Shown: one piece after another, positions 45,280-58,132 of the stretch
How positions within the stretch are numbered: position 1 is the stretch's first letter
How the letters are laid out: each line of letters starts with the position of its first letter
Source: the human T2T-CHM13v2.0 reference genome, Homo sapiens
Length of the DNA stretch: 64,000 nucleotides
Direction: 5' to 3'
Assembly (NCBI GenBank): GCA_009914755.4
Contig: CP068257.2
Coordinates: forward strand, 44,320,001-44,384,000
The notes under the pieces: generated by a model
Database searches by the model: none
What the model was told of the DNA's origin: nothing
What the model saw: only the letters and a program-made list of their open reading frames with translations
Made by a program: the position numbers and the translations under genes

Positions 45280-45372
45280 GTGAGCGTGGGCTGCTGGGAG
45301 GGGGGAGTTCTGCCCCCACGGCAGCATGTCTGACCTGCATCTGACTCCTGCCTTCGTTTTCCCGCCTCACAG

Positions 45373-45417
45373 GGAGAGAAGGGCAAGCGTGGCATCGACG
45401 GGGTGGACGGCGTGAAG
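45373..45417 (+). CDS. COL6A1: COL6A1 exon 13 (c.958-1002): GEKGKRGIDGVDGVK
   Basis: The acceptor is cccgcctcacag|gga and the donor gtgaag|gtgact. The exon is 45 nt. Confidence 0.95.
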
Positions 45418-45840
45418 GTGACTGGGGGGAGATAGGATGGACGGGGAGGGACGAGGAGGGACGGGGAGGGATGGGGTGGACAGCGTGAAGGTGACCGGGG
45501 AGGGATGGGGTGGACAGTGTGAAGGTGACCAGGGGAAGGACGGGGAGGGATGGGGCGAGATGGGGAGGGACGGAGTGGACGGCGTGAAGGTGACCCGGGG
45601 AGGGATGGGGTGGACAGTGTGAAGGTGACCAGGGGAAGGACGGGGAGGGACGGGGAGGGATGGGGCGAGATGGGGAGGGACGGAGTGGACGGCGTGAAGG
45701 TGACCCGGGGAGGGATGGGGTGGACAGTGTGAAGGTGACCAGGGGAAGGACGGGGAGGGACGGGGAGGGATGGGGTGAGGTGATCCCGGCAGGAGGGACA
45801 GGGAGGAGTGGGGTGGACGGTGTGAAGGTGACCCCAGGGG
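45418..45840 (+). repeat. COL6A1: Tandem repeat in intron 13 of about 110 bp x about 3.5 with internal 35/75-bp sub-periodicity; each unit re-copies the exon 13 3' end plus donor (ggtggac[a/g]g[c/t]gtgaag|gtgacc)
   Basis: The motif gtgaag|gtgac appears at 45485, 45524, 45589, 45624, 45699, 45734 and 45827, in addition to the real donor at 45417. Confidence 0.85.
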
Positions 45841-45948
45841 GGTGTCTGCTAGGCAGGGCTTTCCAGGGAGGGTGTGGAGGGCATGGAGGGCACCAAGTCT
45901 GACAGGTGATTGGCCTCAGTTTACCCACTTGGCCGTCAGATTTTCTAG

Positions 45949-46047
<99 letters not shown>

Positions 46048-46172
46048 TAAAACTAGCGCTGTCAGCAGCACCTCGTGTGGACCGTTTTGACTTCTGTCTG
46101 GGCGGTCTGGGGCTGCTGCCAGAGGCCGCGGTGGCCTCTGCCGGTGGTGTCATGCTGCCCTCTTTTCTCCAG

Positions 46173-46235
46173 GGCATTCAAGGACCCCCTGGCCCCAAGG
46201 GAGACCCCGGTGCCTTTGGACTGAAAGGAGAAAAG
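46173..46235 (+). CDS. COL6A1: COL6A1 exon 15 (c.1057-1119): GIQGPPGPKGDPGAFGLKGEK
   Basis: The acceptor is tcttttctccag|ggc and the donor gaaaag|gtgagt. The exon is 63 nt. Confidence 0.95.
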
Positions 46236-47203
46236 GTGAGTGACTTGCGGCCCCTGGAGGACCAGGGCCTTCACGGTTGGCCAAGCGCTGAATTGGAAAC
46301 CTCTCCTGGAAGCAAGTCCTGGTCCGAGCATGTCGGCCACCCGTGCGGCCTCAGAGGGGAGGAGCTGGTGGAGGCTGGAGGCAGGCAGAGGAGCAGCGGG
46401 GACAGTGCCCACCGTGGGGACAGTGGCCGTGGCGCTCCCGCCCAGAGCCTTCCCTGCAGCCCGAGGGCCTTCAGGCCTCCGCCATTCTGTCCCCCACACC
46501 TGCCGCTCGCTCGGCACAGATGGGACCCCACCGCGTCACTCCTAGCCTGCGAGCCGCAGCCCAGAATGGCTCTCAGAACTGAGAATGGGCTGGGTGGCAC
46601 TGAGGGTGGCGAGTGGGCGGGAGGGTGGTGAGCGGGGGCGGGAGGAGGGTGGTGAGCGGGTGGGAGGGCGAGTGGGCAGCGGGAGGGCGGGAGCACGAGG
46701 CGGGAGAAGGAGCTTTTTCGTCTGACAGCTGAGTCTGCCGTTGCTGGTGTTTTCTCTGGAGTTTCTTTGTTGAAGCTGAAGTGTTGGGGAAGACAAAGGC
46801 GAATGCTGACCCCACCCCAAACATTCCCAGACGAGCTCCTAGAACCCAGCAGACGGTTTCCAAATCTCATCTTCAAGTTCCCAGATTACCCTCCAGGCCC
46901 TAGATTTGAGTTTGCCAATTTGCCAGCCTGGCAAAGCTGTGCCTTCTCTAATGGGAACCAAATCCTGCCCCTTAGACAAGATGGCCCTTGGCTGGGCCTC
47001 ACAGGGAACAAGGTTGGAGCATTCCAGGAGGTCTTTGTGCAGGGTTGTGGATGGCTGAGGGTGCTGGGGGGTCTGGGCTCAGACAGTGTTGGTCAGAGGG
47101 AGTGGCCTGAAGTATGGGTGAGAGGCCCTGGATGTGGCCTCTGATGGCTGCACCCCTGGTGCACACCCCTGCCAGCGTGTGTGACTCCCCCGGTCTTCCC
47201 CAG

Positions 47204-47266
47204 GGCGAGCCTGGAGCTGACGGGGAGGCGGGGAGACCAGGGAGCTCGGGACCATCTGGAGACGAG
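47204..47266 (+). CDS. COL6A1: COL6A1 exon 16 (c.1120-1182): GEPGADGEAGRPGSSGPSGDE
   Basis: The acceptor is cggtcttccccag|ggc and the donor gacgag|gtgagg. The exon is 63 nt. Confidence 0.95.
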
Positions 47267-47357
47267 GTGAGGAGCTTCACAGCCCCCACACATGCCAGGT
47301 ATGGGCCCAGGGAGGGTCAAGGAGATGGAGCGACCATTCAACCCTTGTTCCCCACAG

Positions 47358-47411
47358 GGCCAGCCGGGAGAGCCTGGGCCCCCCGGAGAGAAAGGAGAGG
47401 CGGGCGACGAG
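47358..47411 (+). CDS. COL6A1: COL6A1 exon 17 (c.1183-1236): GQPGEPGPPGEKGEAGDE
   Basis: The acceptor is cttgttccccacag|ggc and the donor gacgag|gtgagt. The exon is 54 nt. Confidence 0.95.
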
Positions 47412-47556
47412 GTGAGTGAGGGCTCCTGACACCTTCCTGGGGAAGTGCATGGCCTCAGCTTCTGATCCTCTTTGCTCGGGGTCTACTCCACGTCCCTGAG
47501 ACCAAATGCAGTGTGTCCACCAGACTAACGCCGGCGTCTGTTTCTCTTCATCCCAG

Positions 47557-47592
47557 GGGAACCCAGGACCTGACGGTGCCCCCGGGGAGCGG
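47557..47592 (+). CDS. COL6A1: COL6A1 exon 18 (c.1237-1272): GNPGPDGAPGER
   Basis: The acceptor is tctcttcatcccag|ggg and the donor gagcgg|gtgagt. The exon is 36 nt. Confidence 0.95.
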
Positions 47593-47911
47593 GTGAGTGG
47601 GGCAGGGGCAGCCTGCGCTGTTGGCCTCACCATGTAGCTGTGGACGTGGCCTCTGCGGCCCAGTCTGGCCCTCCCAGCACTGAGAGCCATGGCCTCCTGC
47701 CCAAGACAAATGGGTTTCTTCACCCACACGTCCAGGATGCCTCTTCCCACAGTCTCAGAGCGGGTGGGACCTGGGGAACCAGGAGATTCCGGCCTCTGCA
47801 ACCGTGGGGCATGCGGTGGAGGGGTGGCCCCTCCCAGGGGTCCTGCTGGGGGAGTCAGTCCAGGCCAGGCCTCAAGCCCCACCCCAGCTGGGTGTGAGTT
47901 CCAGCAGCTGA

Positions 47912-48097
<186 letters not shown>

Positions 48098-49359
48098 TGA
48101 AGCCCCTGTGGCCCCTCAACGTGGCCAGCCCATCCCCACGCCGTCAGGGAGGGCAGCCCCTGAAGCCGGCGCCCAGCCATGTGCCTGATGCTGGGACCTG
48201 TTTCATGTGAAGGCGTTGCCCGTGGACCCGGTGCCCACTTTCCCACCAGGCGGCTTCCACGTTTCTGCATCCGAGCTTGGGTTCTTCTTTGGAATAATTT
48301 TCCTTAGTTAAAATTCCCAGCGTGAGGAAGTTGGGTCAGTACCCCAGACGGGAAGCTAGGCCTGCAGGGCGCCTGCCTGGGAAGGCTTGACATGGAAAAC
48401 TCACCCCAGAGCCGAGATGCCGGCGGCCTCAGAGGCCACCCCCCACCTTCAGCTCCGTGGACCGTGGGCCTCGCTAGGCCACCCCACAGCCCAGCCTCAG
48501 GGTGCAGAAGCACAGGGCCCTTCTCTGTCCCTGTGACTTGCTGGGAAATCTGTGCTGGATGTGGGGCGGGGCAGCTGGCAGACTCCGGGCGTCTCAGTCC
48601 CATCCGGCTCAGGGAGAGCCAGGGCCTGGCGGGCAGAGTGAAGGGGAGAGAATGCCCTAGTGTGCCCAGCCGAGCTGCCAGGCCTCAGAGGCAGCGCCCC
48701 CGGGTGCCCCCTTGTCCGAGAATCAAGACATGCGACTGTCGTGTGCTGTGACAGACAGGCGGGGCTCCAGCAGGGCCAGAGAGCTGAGCCGGGGCCAGAG
48801 TCGCCGCCACCGAGGGATTTGGCTCCCCAGTGGGGGGTGGGGGATTTCTGACCTCCTCCCTGGGAGCTCCCCAGAAGCGCACAGCCCCCGTGGAGGGGTC
48901 GGGGGGACGTCAAAGCAGGGATCGTGTGACTTAGTGACTCAGACTGCCTTCTAGGCCCACTCCTCTGAGATCAGGATATGAGACTGACAGCCAGGCAGAG
49001 CCCAGAGGAAGGGCCAGCCACGCAGCTCCAGCTTCCCGGCGGGCCACAAGTCCATGGCTACAAACACTTGCCGGGTCCACGGAGCTTGCTGGAGAAGCAG
49101 GGATGCACGCAGGGACGCCTCTGGGGCCCCAGGAGGAGCTGCCGGCCTCCTGAATGAAGATAGCCATAGCCAGCCACGCCGATGGCCACGCACGTGGGCC
49201 GAGGAAACGCTTGGCGAGGCCAGGAAGGGGCTGTGCGGGGAGGGAAGGCCGGAACAGCCCAGTGACCACCTGGACAGCATGCTGTGGCTCCCAGCGTGCC
49301 CGGGCAGCCATCCTCCCCAAGGATGGCCCAGCTCCACACTCACGGCTCGTTTCTCTTCA

Positions 49360-49422
49360 GGGTGAAGCTGGCCCGCAGGGTGATCAGGGAAGAGAAGGCC
49401 CCGTTGGTGTCCCTGGAGACCC
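49360..49422 (+). CDS. COL6A1: COL6A1 exon 20 (c.1336-1398): GEAGPQGDQGREGPVGVPGDP
   Basis: The acceptor is tttctcttcag|ggt and the donor gacccg|gtagga. The exon is 63 nt. Confidence 0.95.
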
Positions 49423-52237
49423 GGTAGGAAGCGCTGTGGGGTTGGGGGGCGTTGGCCAATTTGGGTTTTGGGGGTAGAAGTGCTCCAGCAGCTCACGCAC
49501 TGGGGGTCTGTTCATTTCCGTTTGAGGGCCTCTGTGTTTCCGTAGATCTCGGGGGTGTCCCTGCGTGGGAGCCGGCTGCAGGGGGTGAGGCGCGGCCTGG
49601 GCCGGGCTGGTGTGGATTGTTGAGAGCAGGCCCAGCGCCCGGGGGCCTGACGCTGAGACGCTCAGCCCAGGTGGAGAAGCGCTGTCTGGGGGCCCATCCG
49701 GGGCAAGGGTGCCTCACAGTGAGGAAGAGGTGTTGGAGCCCCTGGGAGACACTGGGAGCTTGGTCAGCATCTGTTTTTCTGGGTCAGGAGCCAGGCATGA
49801 CTGTGGCTGGAGGTCAACTGGGGAGTGTGAGGCTATGGAGGTTTCCAGAATCCCAGGGTGTCAGGATGAAAATGCACTTTCATCTCATTCTAAATTCCCT
49901 TCTCCGAGCCTCTGGAATCGCTGTGCACGCCGCACGGCTTTCTGTCTCTTCCCCCATTCTGATGACTGCCATGATGGTGGCTCCAGTGTGGTGTTGCCCG
50001 CAGGCTGGGCTGGGCCGTTGCATCCTCCCGGAGCTCACCTGCCCCACGGGGACAGGAAGGCCTCCACACGGTCACGCCCGGAGACAGCAAGTCTGTGCTC
50101 CCGAGCTTGTCTGCTTCTGTGGACAAATCGACCTTACGGCTCCATGTGCGCAGCTGCCCACACACCGAGCACAAGGCCAGACCCTGGGCACGGCAGCTGT
50201 CTCAGACGTCCAGCAAGATGGGGCCTCAGACCCAGGGAGATGGGAGAGGCCGTCCCAGTGCAAGTCACATTTGTATTTCTGTGCACGAGGTGAAATCGTG
50301 CTTTTGTGGTGCCAACGGGTGTTACACAGCTGTTAAAAATACCTGTGTCATAGATGAGGACCAGGGCAGGGCTTGGCAGGCGGGGTCTGGGCCGTTCGTC
50401 CACCTGGTCCTGCGTGCCGCTCACGGCAGGGGCAGAAAGGGCTCCCGACACCTTCCTGGGGAAGTGCACGGCCTCAGTCTCTGATCCTCTTTGCTCTTTG
50501 AGCTCCCGGGGCTCCAGCCCTGAGGATGATCTGACCTCCCATGTGGTCACCCAGGACAGGGCCAGGTGCAGGGCACAGTGCGTGGAAGAGGCCATGCAGC
50601 CAGTGGCAGATTGTGGGGAGGGGACGGCCCAGGGCCACGTTCCAGGCTTGGGAGGCTGCTCCAGACCTTGGTAGCTGAAAGTCTCAGTGGGAATGAGCGT
50701 TCAGAGGCCAGGACTTGCTCGGAGAATTCTAACCACACCCTGCCTGTTTTATATGTTCAGTTTTCAAAGTAATCAATAGCCACTATAAGAAAAAAACAAA
50801 GCCACTTTCAAAGGGTTGTGGTAAGAGGCAGTCCTGTGAGCAGGCCGGCTGCAGGGCCTCCAGGGCTGTGGGGCAGGCTGCACAGGGGCTGGTGGGTCCC
50901 ATGCCTGGGGGTCTGGGAATAGTCTCTAGGCTGCTGTCCTGGAGGAGGTTTCCCCCAACGCCTGAGACCAGGGCACCATGTGACCCATGACTCACAGTTG
51001 CCTGGCTGAGGCAGGCACTTGTTCACCTGGAGCCTCCCTGGGGCCTTTCGGGGCCCGGGGGTGTGGATAGGTGGCTTTGGAGCCACATTTGTCCATCGGG
51101 ACGTTGGGCTCCCAGCTGGCCTTCCGGGCTTTCCCTGCTCCCAGAACCTCCCTGCTCAGCCCTTGCCAGCCTTACCCCTCCCCTCCACCCTGCCCAGCAT
51201 GGGGCTCTCCCTGTGTGGATGCCAGAAGCAGTTGGGCCCTCAGGGCTGGTCCCAGGAGGTGCCCCCAGTGAGGTGCTCTGCAGAAACTGCCCAGTCTGGC
51301 CTCCTGCTGTCTGTGGCACAGTCTGACTGTGTGTGGTGAGGTCCAGGCCTTCTGCCTCCCACTTACCTGGCCCAGGGCACAGAGACCTCCTTTCCATCCT
51401 TCCTCCTGGCCCCCTTTTCGTGTTCCCAAGGCAGGATCTCAGGGTACCAGACTAACCCCTGTTGAACCCCAAGTTTGGTGAGCTTCTGGACCTCCTTGAG
51501 GCCCGTGTGCAAAGTCCCCAGTCAAGTGTGCAGTCCTGACTGCTGGGGCGTTGACCACGAAGGGTGCAGGAGCTTCACAGCCAGGCCTGGGTGCTTGCAC
51601 AGTCGGGGTAGAGAGAGCAATACACTAGATGCCTCCTGTCTGCCTGGTGGAGGCCACGGGGTCAGGATGGTGAATGGGCCAAGTCTGGTAGTGGGGAAGT
51701 TGTAAACATTTGAACCACCGGACAGGCCTCATCGGGAAGCATCAGCCTAACCACAGGCCAGGGACAGGCGTCCGAGCAGGCACAGGCCAGGGACAGGCGT
51801 CCGACCAGGCTCATGGCTGGGGCCAGGTGGGCCAGGTGGGCCAGGTGGGCCGGGCGATGTGTACACGGCTCCCTTCTTGGCTCAGCTGGGCGCGCTGGGA
51901 AGTGCTTGGGGTGCCTGGGCTAGACTCCGAAGGGCAGGGACTCGCCGCTGGAGTTGTCCACGGAGCAGGCCCTCAAAGGTGGGAGCTGGGGCCAGCTCTG
52001 GAAATAGACCCCCACAGGGTCCTCATGAGATGTGGGGGACCCAAGGAAGTCCAGCAGGCAGCCTCAGGTGCAGGTGGGGGCAGGGTGGTGTCCAGGCTCA
52101 GCCCACAGAGGGTCCTGCGGTTGGGGGTGGGCTAAGGGGACCAGGCCAGGCCCAAAGGGGACCATGAGGGAGGGCAGTCTGGGGCCACTCTGATAGGAGA
52201 AGGGGCAGGTGGTCTGCGGCCTGGGGACCTGTAGCCT

Positions 52238-52410
52238 CACCCCTCCGTGGGGACCTGAGGCACCAGCCGGGCACTCACCGAAGTCATCTGGGACAGGCTT
52301 CACCCTTCCGTGGGGGCCTGAGGCACCAGCCGGGCGCCCACCAAAGTCATCTGGGAGAGGCTTCACCCCTCCGTGGGGGCCTGAGGCACCAGCTGGGCGC
52401 CCACCGAAGG
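52238..52410. repeat. COL6A1: Tandem repeat of about 61 bp x 2.7 in intron 20
   Basis: The unit cacccctccgtggggacctgaggcaccagccgggcactcaccgaagtcatctgggacaggctt is repeated with substitutions. Confidence 0.75.
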
Positions 52411-52536
52411 GCTTCAACACTTGTGCCCAGGCCCTTCGTGCAGGCCCTTCGTCAGACCCAAGAGTGGGCCTGGCTCTCCCCCTGCACTGATGGGACTGGG
52501 GCCAGAGCCTGGGGGCCCTGATGCCTCTTGGTCTGA

Positions 52537-52767
<231 letters not shown>

Positions 52768-52893
52768 TGAGGACTCTATGGCCCTGGGTGTCCTGGCTCC
52801 CGATGGGACCTCTCCCGGCCCCAGGAGGGCCCTGCTTCCCTCCAAGGTCACCATGCTAAGCCTGCTCCCCTCACGCCTCCTCTTCCTCCTCAG

Positions 52894-52956
52894 GGTGCCA
52901 GAGGAGCCCCAGGACCTGCCGGACCCCCTGGAGACCCGGGGCTGATGGGTGAAAGG
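52894..52956 (+). CDS. COL6A1: COL6A1 exon 22 (c.1462-1524): GARGAPGPAGPPGDPGLMGER
   Basis: The acceptor is tcttcctcctcag|ggt and the donor gaaagg|gtgagt. The exon is 63 nt. Confidence 0.95.
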
Positions 52957-53314
52957 GTGAGTGTCCAACAGCTCGGGCCCTAGGGCGGAGGCCTGGCCGC
53001 CAGAGGCCCTGGGAAGCCCCAGCCCCGCACTGTGGAGCTGCCTGGGGTCCCTGACCGGGCCGGGAGTGCCCGCAGCATCACTGGCTCCTGGCCACAGTCG
53101 GCACCTGAGCCAGAGGCCGCCTCGGCAGGGCCCCTCCTGCCCCGAGATCCGGGTCCCAGGGTCCACGGGGACCAGCAGGGTGGCCCCAGGGGAGGGAGCC
53201 GGCTTCTGGGCTGACGGAGGGGCCCTGCGGGTGAGGTGCTCCCGGGCCTGTGCCAGCCAGTGGGTATCCCAGGCCAGGCCGATTCGCACGGTGACGGCTA
53301 CTCTGCTCCCCCAG

Positions 53315-53365
53315 GGAGAAGACGGCCCCGCTGGAAATGGCACCGAGGGCTTCCCCGGCTTCCCC
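53315..53365 (+). CDS. COL6A1: COL6A1 exon 23 (c.1525-1575): GEDGPAGNGTEGFPGFP, with an N-glycosylation sequon NGT
   Basis: The acceptor is ctctgcccccag|gga and the donor ttcccc|gtaagt. The exon is 51 nt. Confidence 0.95.
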
Positions 53366-53591
53366 GTAAGTGTCCGGAGGCTGAGCCCACAGGAACATGC
53401 CCAAGCTGCCTGCGGCGCCCTCTTTAGTGGACTGGGCACTCTTGGGTGGGCGGGCTGGCCCCAGGACCGCCGGCTGGCCCAGGAATTCCATGGCCGGGAT
53501 TCTGTCAGCTCAGGCCCTTCCGCTGTGCGCCCCTCACAGCCTCCCCTCTCAAATCAGAACCCGGTATCACTGCCCTGCTTTTCCATGACAG

Positions 53592-53627
53592 GGGTATCCG
53601 GGCAACAGGGGCGCTCCCGGGATAAAC
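53592..53627 (+). CDS. COL6A1: COL6A1 exon 24 (c.1576-1611): GYPGNRGAPGIN
   Basis: The acceptor is ttccatgacag|ggg and the donor ataaac|gtgagt. The exon is 36 nt. Confidence 0.95.
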
Positions 53628-54090
53628 GTGAGTACGCCCCCTCCTCCATCTGGCTGTGGGCACACAAACATTCACAGTCACAGGGACACGCACGTGTGAA
53701 CACACATGTGCACACAGGCTCCCGAGCAAACACACGGGGTACACAGGCACCCACGGCTGCCCCACTGTCTGTGGCCACAGCCCCAGTTGGCATCGGCTCC
53801 TGCAGGCCCTGCGAGGCTCCCACTGTGGTGTGGCCTGTGGGTCTCCTCACGGCCCTGACTGCCCGGTGACCGATCTCCCCTCGGTGCGCAGGGCAGGCCC
53901 AGCCCCAGAGGCCGCCCCACGGCTCTCTAGGCCACTCCGGGACCCAGTTTCTCCAGCCCAGGAAATGTGTGTGGTGGGGGAAGGGAAGAGAAGAGTGCCT
54001 CTCTTATCTTTATTTTTTTCCTTTTAAAATTTCCACTTCCTAAAAACAAAATAAAACCCTTGTTAACCAAGTGCTCTCCCGTCACTGCAG

Positions 54091-54153
54091 GGCACGAAGG
54101 GCTACCCCGGCCTCAAGGGGGACGAGGGAGAAGCCGGGGACCCCGGAGACGAT
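54091..54153 (+). CDS. COL6A1: COL6A1 exon 25 (c.1612-1674): GTKGYPGLKGDEGEAGDPGDD
   Basis: The acceptor is cccgtcactgcag|ggc and the donor gacgat|gtaagt. The exon is 63 nt. Confidence 0.95.
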
Positions 54154-54346
54154 GTAAGTGTGGATGGGAGGCAGGGCCAGCCCCAAGTCCACCTGAGCCA
54201 GAGGGCTGGGCCCTTGAAGGGCAGTGGACCAGGACCCGCTTGGGGAGGCCTCATGGGCCCCGGCTGCTGGATGCTCTGTGGACGGGGCCAGCGCGCAGAT
54301 GCCCGGGTGGTGCACGGTCTGTTGACACAACGCTGTTCCCTTCTAG

Positions 54347-54412
54347 AACAACGACATTGCACCCCGAGGAGTCAAAGGAGCAAAGGGGTACCGGGGTCCC
54401 GAGGGCCCCCAG
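54347..54412 (+). CDS. COL6A1: COL6A1 exon 26 (c.1675-1740): NNDIAPRGVKGAKGYRGPEGPQ, the triple-helix interruption
   Basis: The acceptor is ctgttcccttctag|aac and the donor ccccag|gtgggt. At 66 nt it is the only triple-helix exon whose length is not a 9-nt multiple, and it encodes the Gly-X-Y imperfection DDNNDIAPRG. Confidence 0.95.
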
Positions 54413-54850
54413 GTGGGTGGATGTGGCTGGGTGAGGCCACGGTGGGCTGTGCCTGGGACGCCGGATGCTGGGGCTGGGGAATGCTGGAAGAGGCTGGGAG
54501 AGTGGGAGGCGGCGGGAGGGAATTTTGGGGAGCACGTCATCTGGGAGGCCCTGGGGGTGGGAGGTGCCGGTCACCAGGGCCAGGTGGTGGCCAGGGCAGC
54601 AGAGCCGAGCCCAGGGACACAGCGGGTCCTCAGGGTGGGGCCCACCTGGGATGGCCGCCTGGACCACCAGTGTGCGAAGCCCCAGCTGCCCTCACAGCAC
54701 CGTCACTGGAGGACGAGGGGCTGGGTAGGGAGGGACCGGGCAGGGGTGGGCTTGATGAGGGGCAGGGCCCTGGGGGTGGGGGCTGTCTCAGCTCAGGAAG
54801 CACAGTGGGCTCCTCACCCTCAGAGCTCCTCTACTCCGTTTCTCGGACAG

Positions 54851-54886
54851 GGACCCCCAGGACACCAAGGACCGCCTGGGCCGGAC
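54851..54886 (+). CDS. COL6A1: COL6A1 exon 27 (c.1741-1776): GPPGHQGPPGPD
   Basis: The acceptor is ccgtttctcggacag|gga and the donor ccggac|gtaagt. The exon is 36 nt. Confidence 0.95.
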
Positions 54887-55026
54887 GTAAGTGGGGCTCT
54901 GTGAACATTGCTGGGGGCGACCACTGTAGCTTCCATCCCTTGGGGTGTGGGTCCTGTCCATGGGTGCTCCTGTAGACGCTGCTCACGGGGGGGTGGGTTG
55001 TGGACAAAGAGCTGGTGCCAGGCCCT

Positions 55027-55550
55027 AGGGACCCGTGACGGCCATGGGAGGACCCGTGAGGATCATAGGGGGATGTGTGAGGACCATAGAGGGGACATGT
55101 GAGGATCATGGGGGACATGTGAGGATCATGGGAAGACGTGAGGATCATAGGGGGACGTGTGAGGATCATGGAGGGCATGTGAGGATCATGGGGGACATGT
55201 GAGGATCATGGGAAGACGTGAGGATCATGGGGGGGACGTGTGAGGATCATGGGGGGGACCCGTGAGGGTCATGGGGGGATGTGTGAGGATCATGGGGGGG
55301 GAACGTGTGAGGATCATGGGGGGGATGTGTGAGGATCATGGGACATGTGAGGATCATGGGGGGGACGTGTGAGGATCATGGGAGGACGTGAGGATCATGG
55401 AGGGGGACATGTGAGGATCATGGGGGACCCGTGAGGATCATGGGGGACCCGTGTGAGGATCATGGGGGGGGACGTGTGAGGATCATGGGGGGACCTGTAC
55501 CCATGAGGACCATGAGGGGACCCGTGACGGCCACGGGGAGACCCATGACT
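55027..55550 (+). repeat. COL6A1: Minisatellite in intron 27 with a 22-24-bp unit (gggggac[g/a]tgtgaggatcatgg), about 21 copies
   Basis: Direct tandem repetition is visible. Every unit carries a gtgagg 5'-splice-site-like hexamer. Confidence 0.85.
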
Positions 55551-55752
55551 GCGCTGTTTCTATGACCACGTCAGGGGTCCAGCCCAGTAGCAGGGGTGTA
55601 GTGGGCAGAGCCGGGCACACCTGCAAAGAACCTCCTGCCCAAACCCCGCCCTGTGGGGGCCCCAGGGAGGGTGACCTGGAGATCCAGCAGCCCACAGTCC
55701 CCGCTGGGAGGGGCTGTCTATGGCCCCAGTACCCTCGTCTCTCCCTCCCCAG

Positions 55753-55789
55753 GAATGCGAGATTTTGGACATCATCATGAAAATGTGCT
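55753..55789 (+). CDS. COL6A1: COL6A1 exon 28 (c.1777-1813), end of the triple helix: ECEILDIIMKMC(S)
   Basis: The acceptor is tctccctccccag|gaa and the donor gtgct|gtgagt. Confidence 0.93.
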
Positions 55790-56180
55790 GTGAGTATCTC
55801 TGAGAAGCCGTCCTCGTTAGGGAGAGCAGGGCCGCCAGCCTGGCCTGTTCCACTCCTAGAAGGGTGTCTCCACTGTTGGGGGCCTGGGTCTCTGGGTACA
55901 TCCTTGAGGAGGCTCCTCAGCCAGCCCCTACCGGCCTCCAAAGCCCTCCCAGGCCCCCGGGTCCCCGCACAGGCTGAGAGTCCCCGGTGCGGTGCAGAGC
56001 TGCCACGTGGGGAGGGCGGCCGGGGAGGCGGGGAGGCGGGGCAGGAGGCCGGGGAAGGGGGGAGGCCGGGGAAGGAGGGCGGCCGGGGAGGCGGGGAGGC
56101 TGCCCCAAGAGTAAAAGCCTTTCTGACGTGCGCAGGACGCGGCCCTGACTGGTCTAACTGACTCTTTCTCTTCTCCTCAG

Positions 56181-56189
56181 CTTGCTGTG
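56181..56189 (+). CDS. COL6A1: COL6A1 exon 29 (c.1814-1822), a 9-nt micro-exon CTTGCTGTG encoding (S)CC(E)
   Basis: The acceptor is ttctcttctcctcag|cttgctgtg and the donor |gtgagac. This exon is required to keep the frame between exons 28 and 30 and to reach a total CDS of 3087 nt. Confidence 0.88.
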
Positions 56190-56577
56190 GTGAGACCCAG
56201 GCTCTAGCTCCTGAGAGAATGGATCCCGGGGGTCGGGGAGCGAGGCCTGGGTCCCACACATGTCACAGGACAGCACATGGCACTCTGGTCCCCGCCCGCA
56301 GCTCCCTGCACCTGCCCGCCCCCTCTGGGGCCTGCTCCAAGCCAGCAGGGTTCCCGGGTGTTGGGCTGGGCCCCGCCCTCTTTCACCCATAACTGAAATA
56401 ACCAGGAGCAGGCTTGGGGGGGTCCCTGCTCCATCATTCTGGCCCACAGGCCCCACCCTAGCCTGGCTGAGCAACGCCAGCCCTGACCAGCCGCCGGACA
56501 GAGCAGCCTTTACGGGGCCATGGGAGGGGGTGGGCTTTTCTGGGGCTGAGACGGGGGGACCCCAACGTGTCAGGTGA

Positions 56578-57018
<441 letters not shown>

Positions 57019-57268
57019 TGAGGGAGGGTCTCCCCCTCTCCTTGAAGGGCGGTAGTCTGGGGTCCTGAGTGCTGGGTGTGGGCTTGTCCCTCGTGGACAG
57101 AACCCAGGAGGGCTTCATCCACCAAGGAAGATTGCTTTGCAGGGTACCCAGGTCCCGGGGGCTGTGCCACCCTCTGGGCACCCGGAGCCAATCGCAGGGT
57201 ACCCAGGTCCCGGGGGCTGTGCCACCCTCTGTGCACCCAGAGCCAATCGCAGGGGACCCAGGTCCTGA

Positions 57269-57493
<225 letters not shown>

Positions 57494-57565
57494 TGAGTGC
57501 CCCACGCGGCCAGGACCCTCCCACCCCTCGCCCCGACCGCTGTTCCCACGGCAGGTCGGCCCTGA

Positions 57566-57859
<294 letters not shown>

Positions 57860-57948
57860 TAGGGCGCCCCGCCAGCCAGGGTGGCCTTGTCCCCAGAAAG
57901 ACGAGGGCAGAGCAGGCTGCGCCACACCGATACTGTCTGTCCCCACAG

Positions 57949-58132
57949 GTGGTCTCCGTGGGCATCAAAGACGTGTTTGACTTCATCCCAGGCTCAGACC
58001 AGCTCAATGTCATTTCTTGCCAAGGCCTGGCACCATCCCAGGGCCGGCCCGGCCTCTCGCTGGTCAAGGAGAACTATGCAGAGCTGCTGGAGGATGCCTT
58101 CCTGAAGAATGTCACCGCCCAGATCTGCATAG
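57949..58132 (+). CDS. COL6A1: COL6A1 exon 33 (c.2251-2434): [61 protein letters not shown]
   Basis: The acceptor is ctgtctgtccccacag|gtg and the donor tgcatag|gtgcgc. The exon lies within ORF 57829..58212. Confidence 0.95.
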
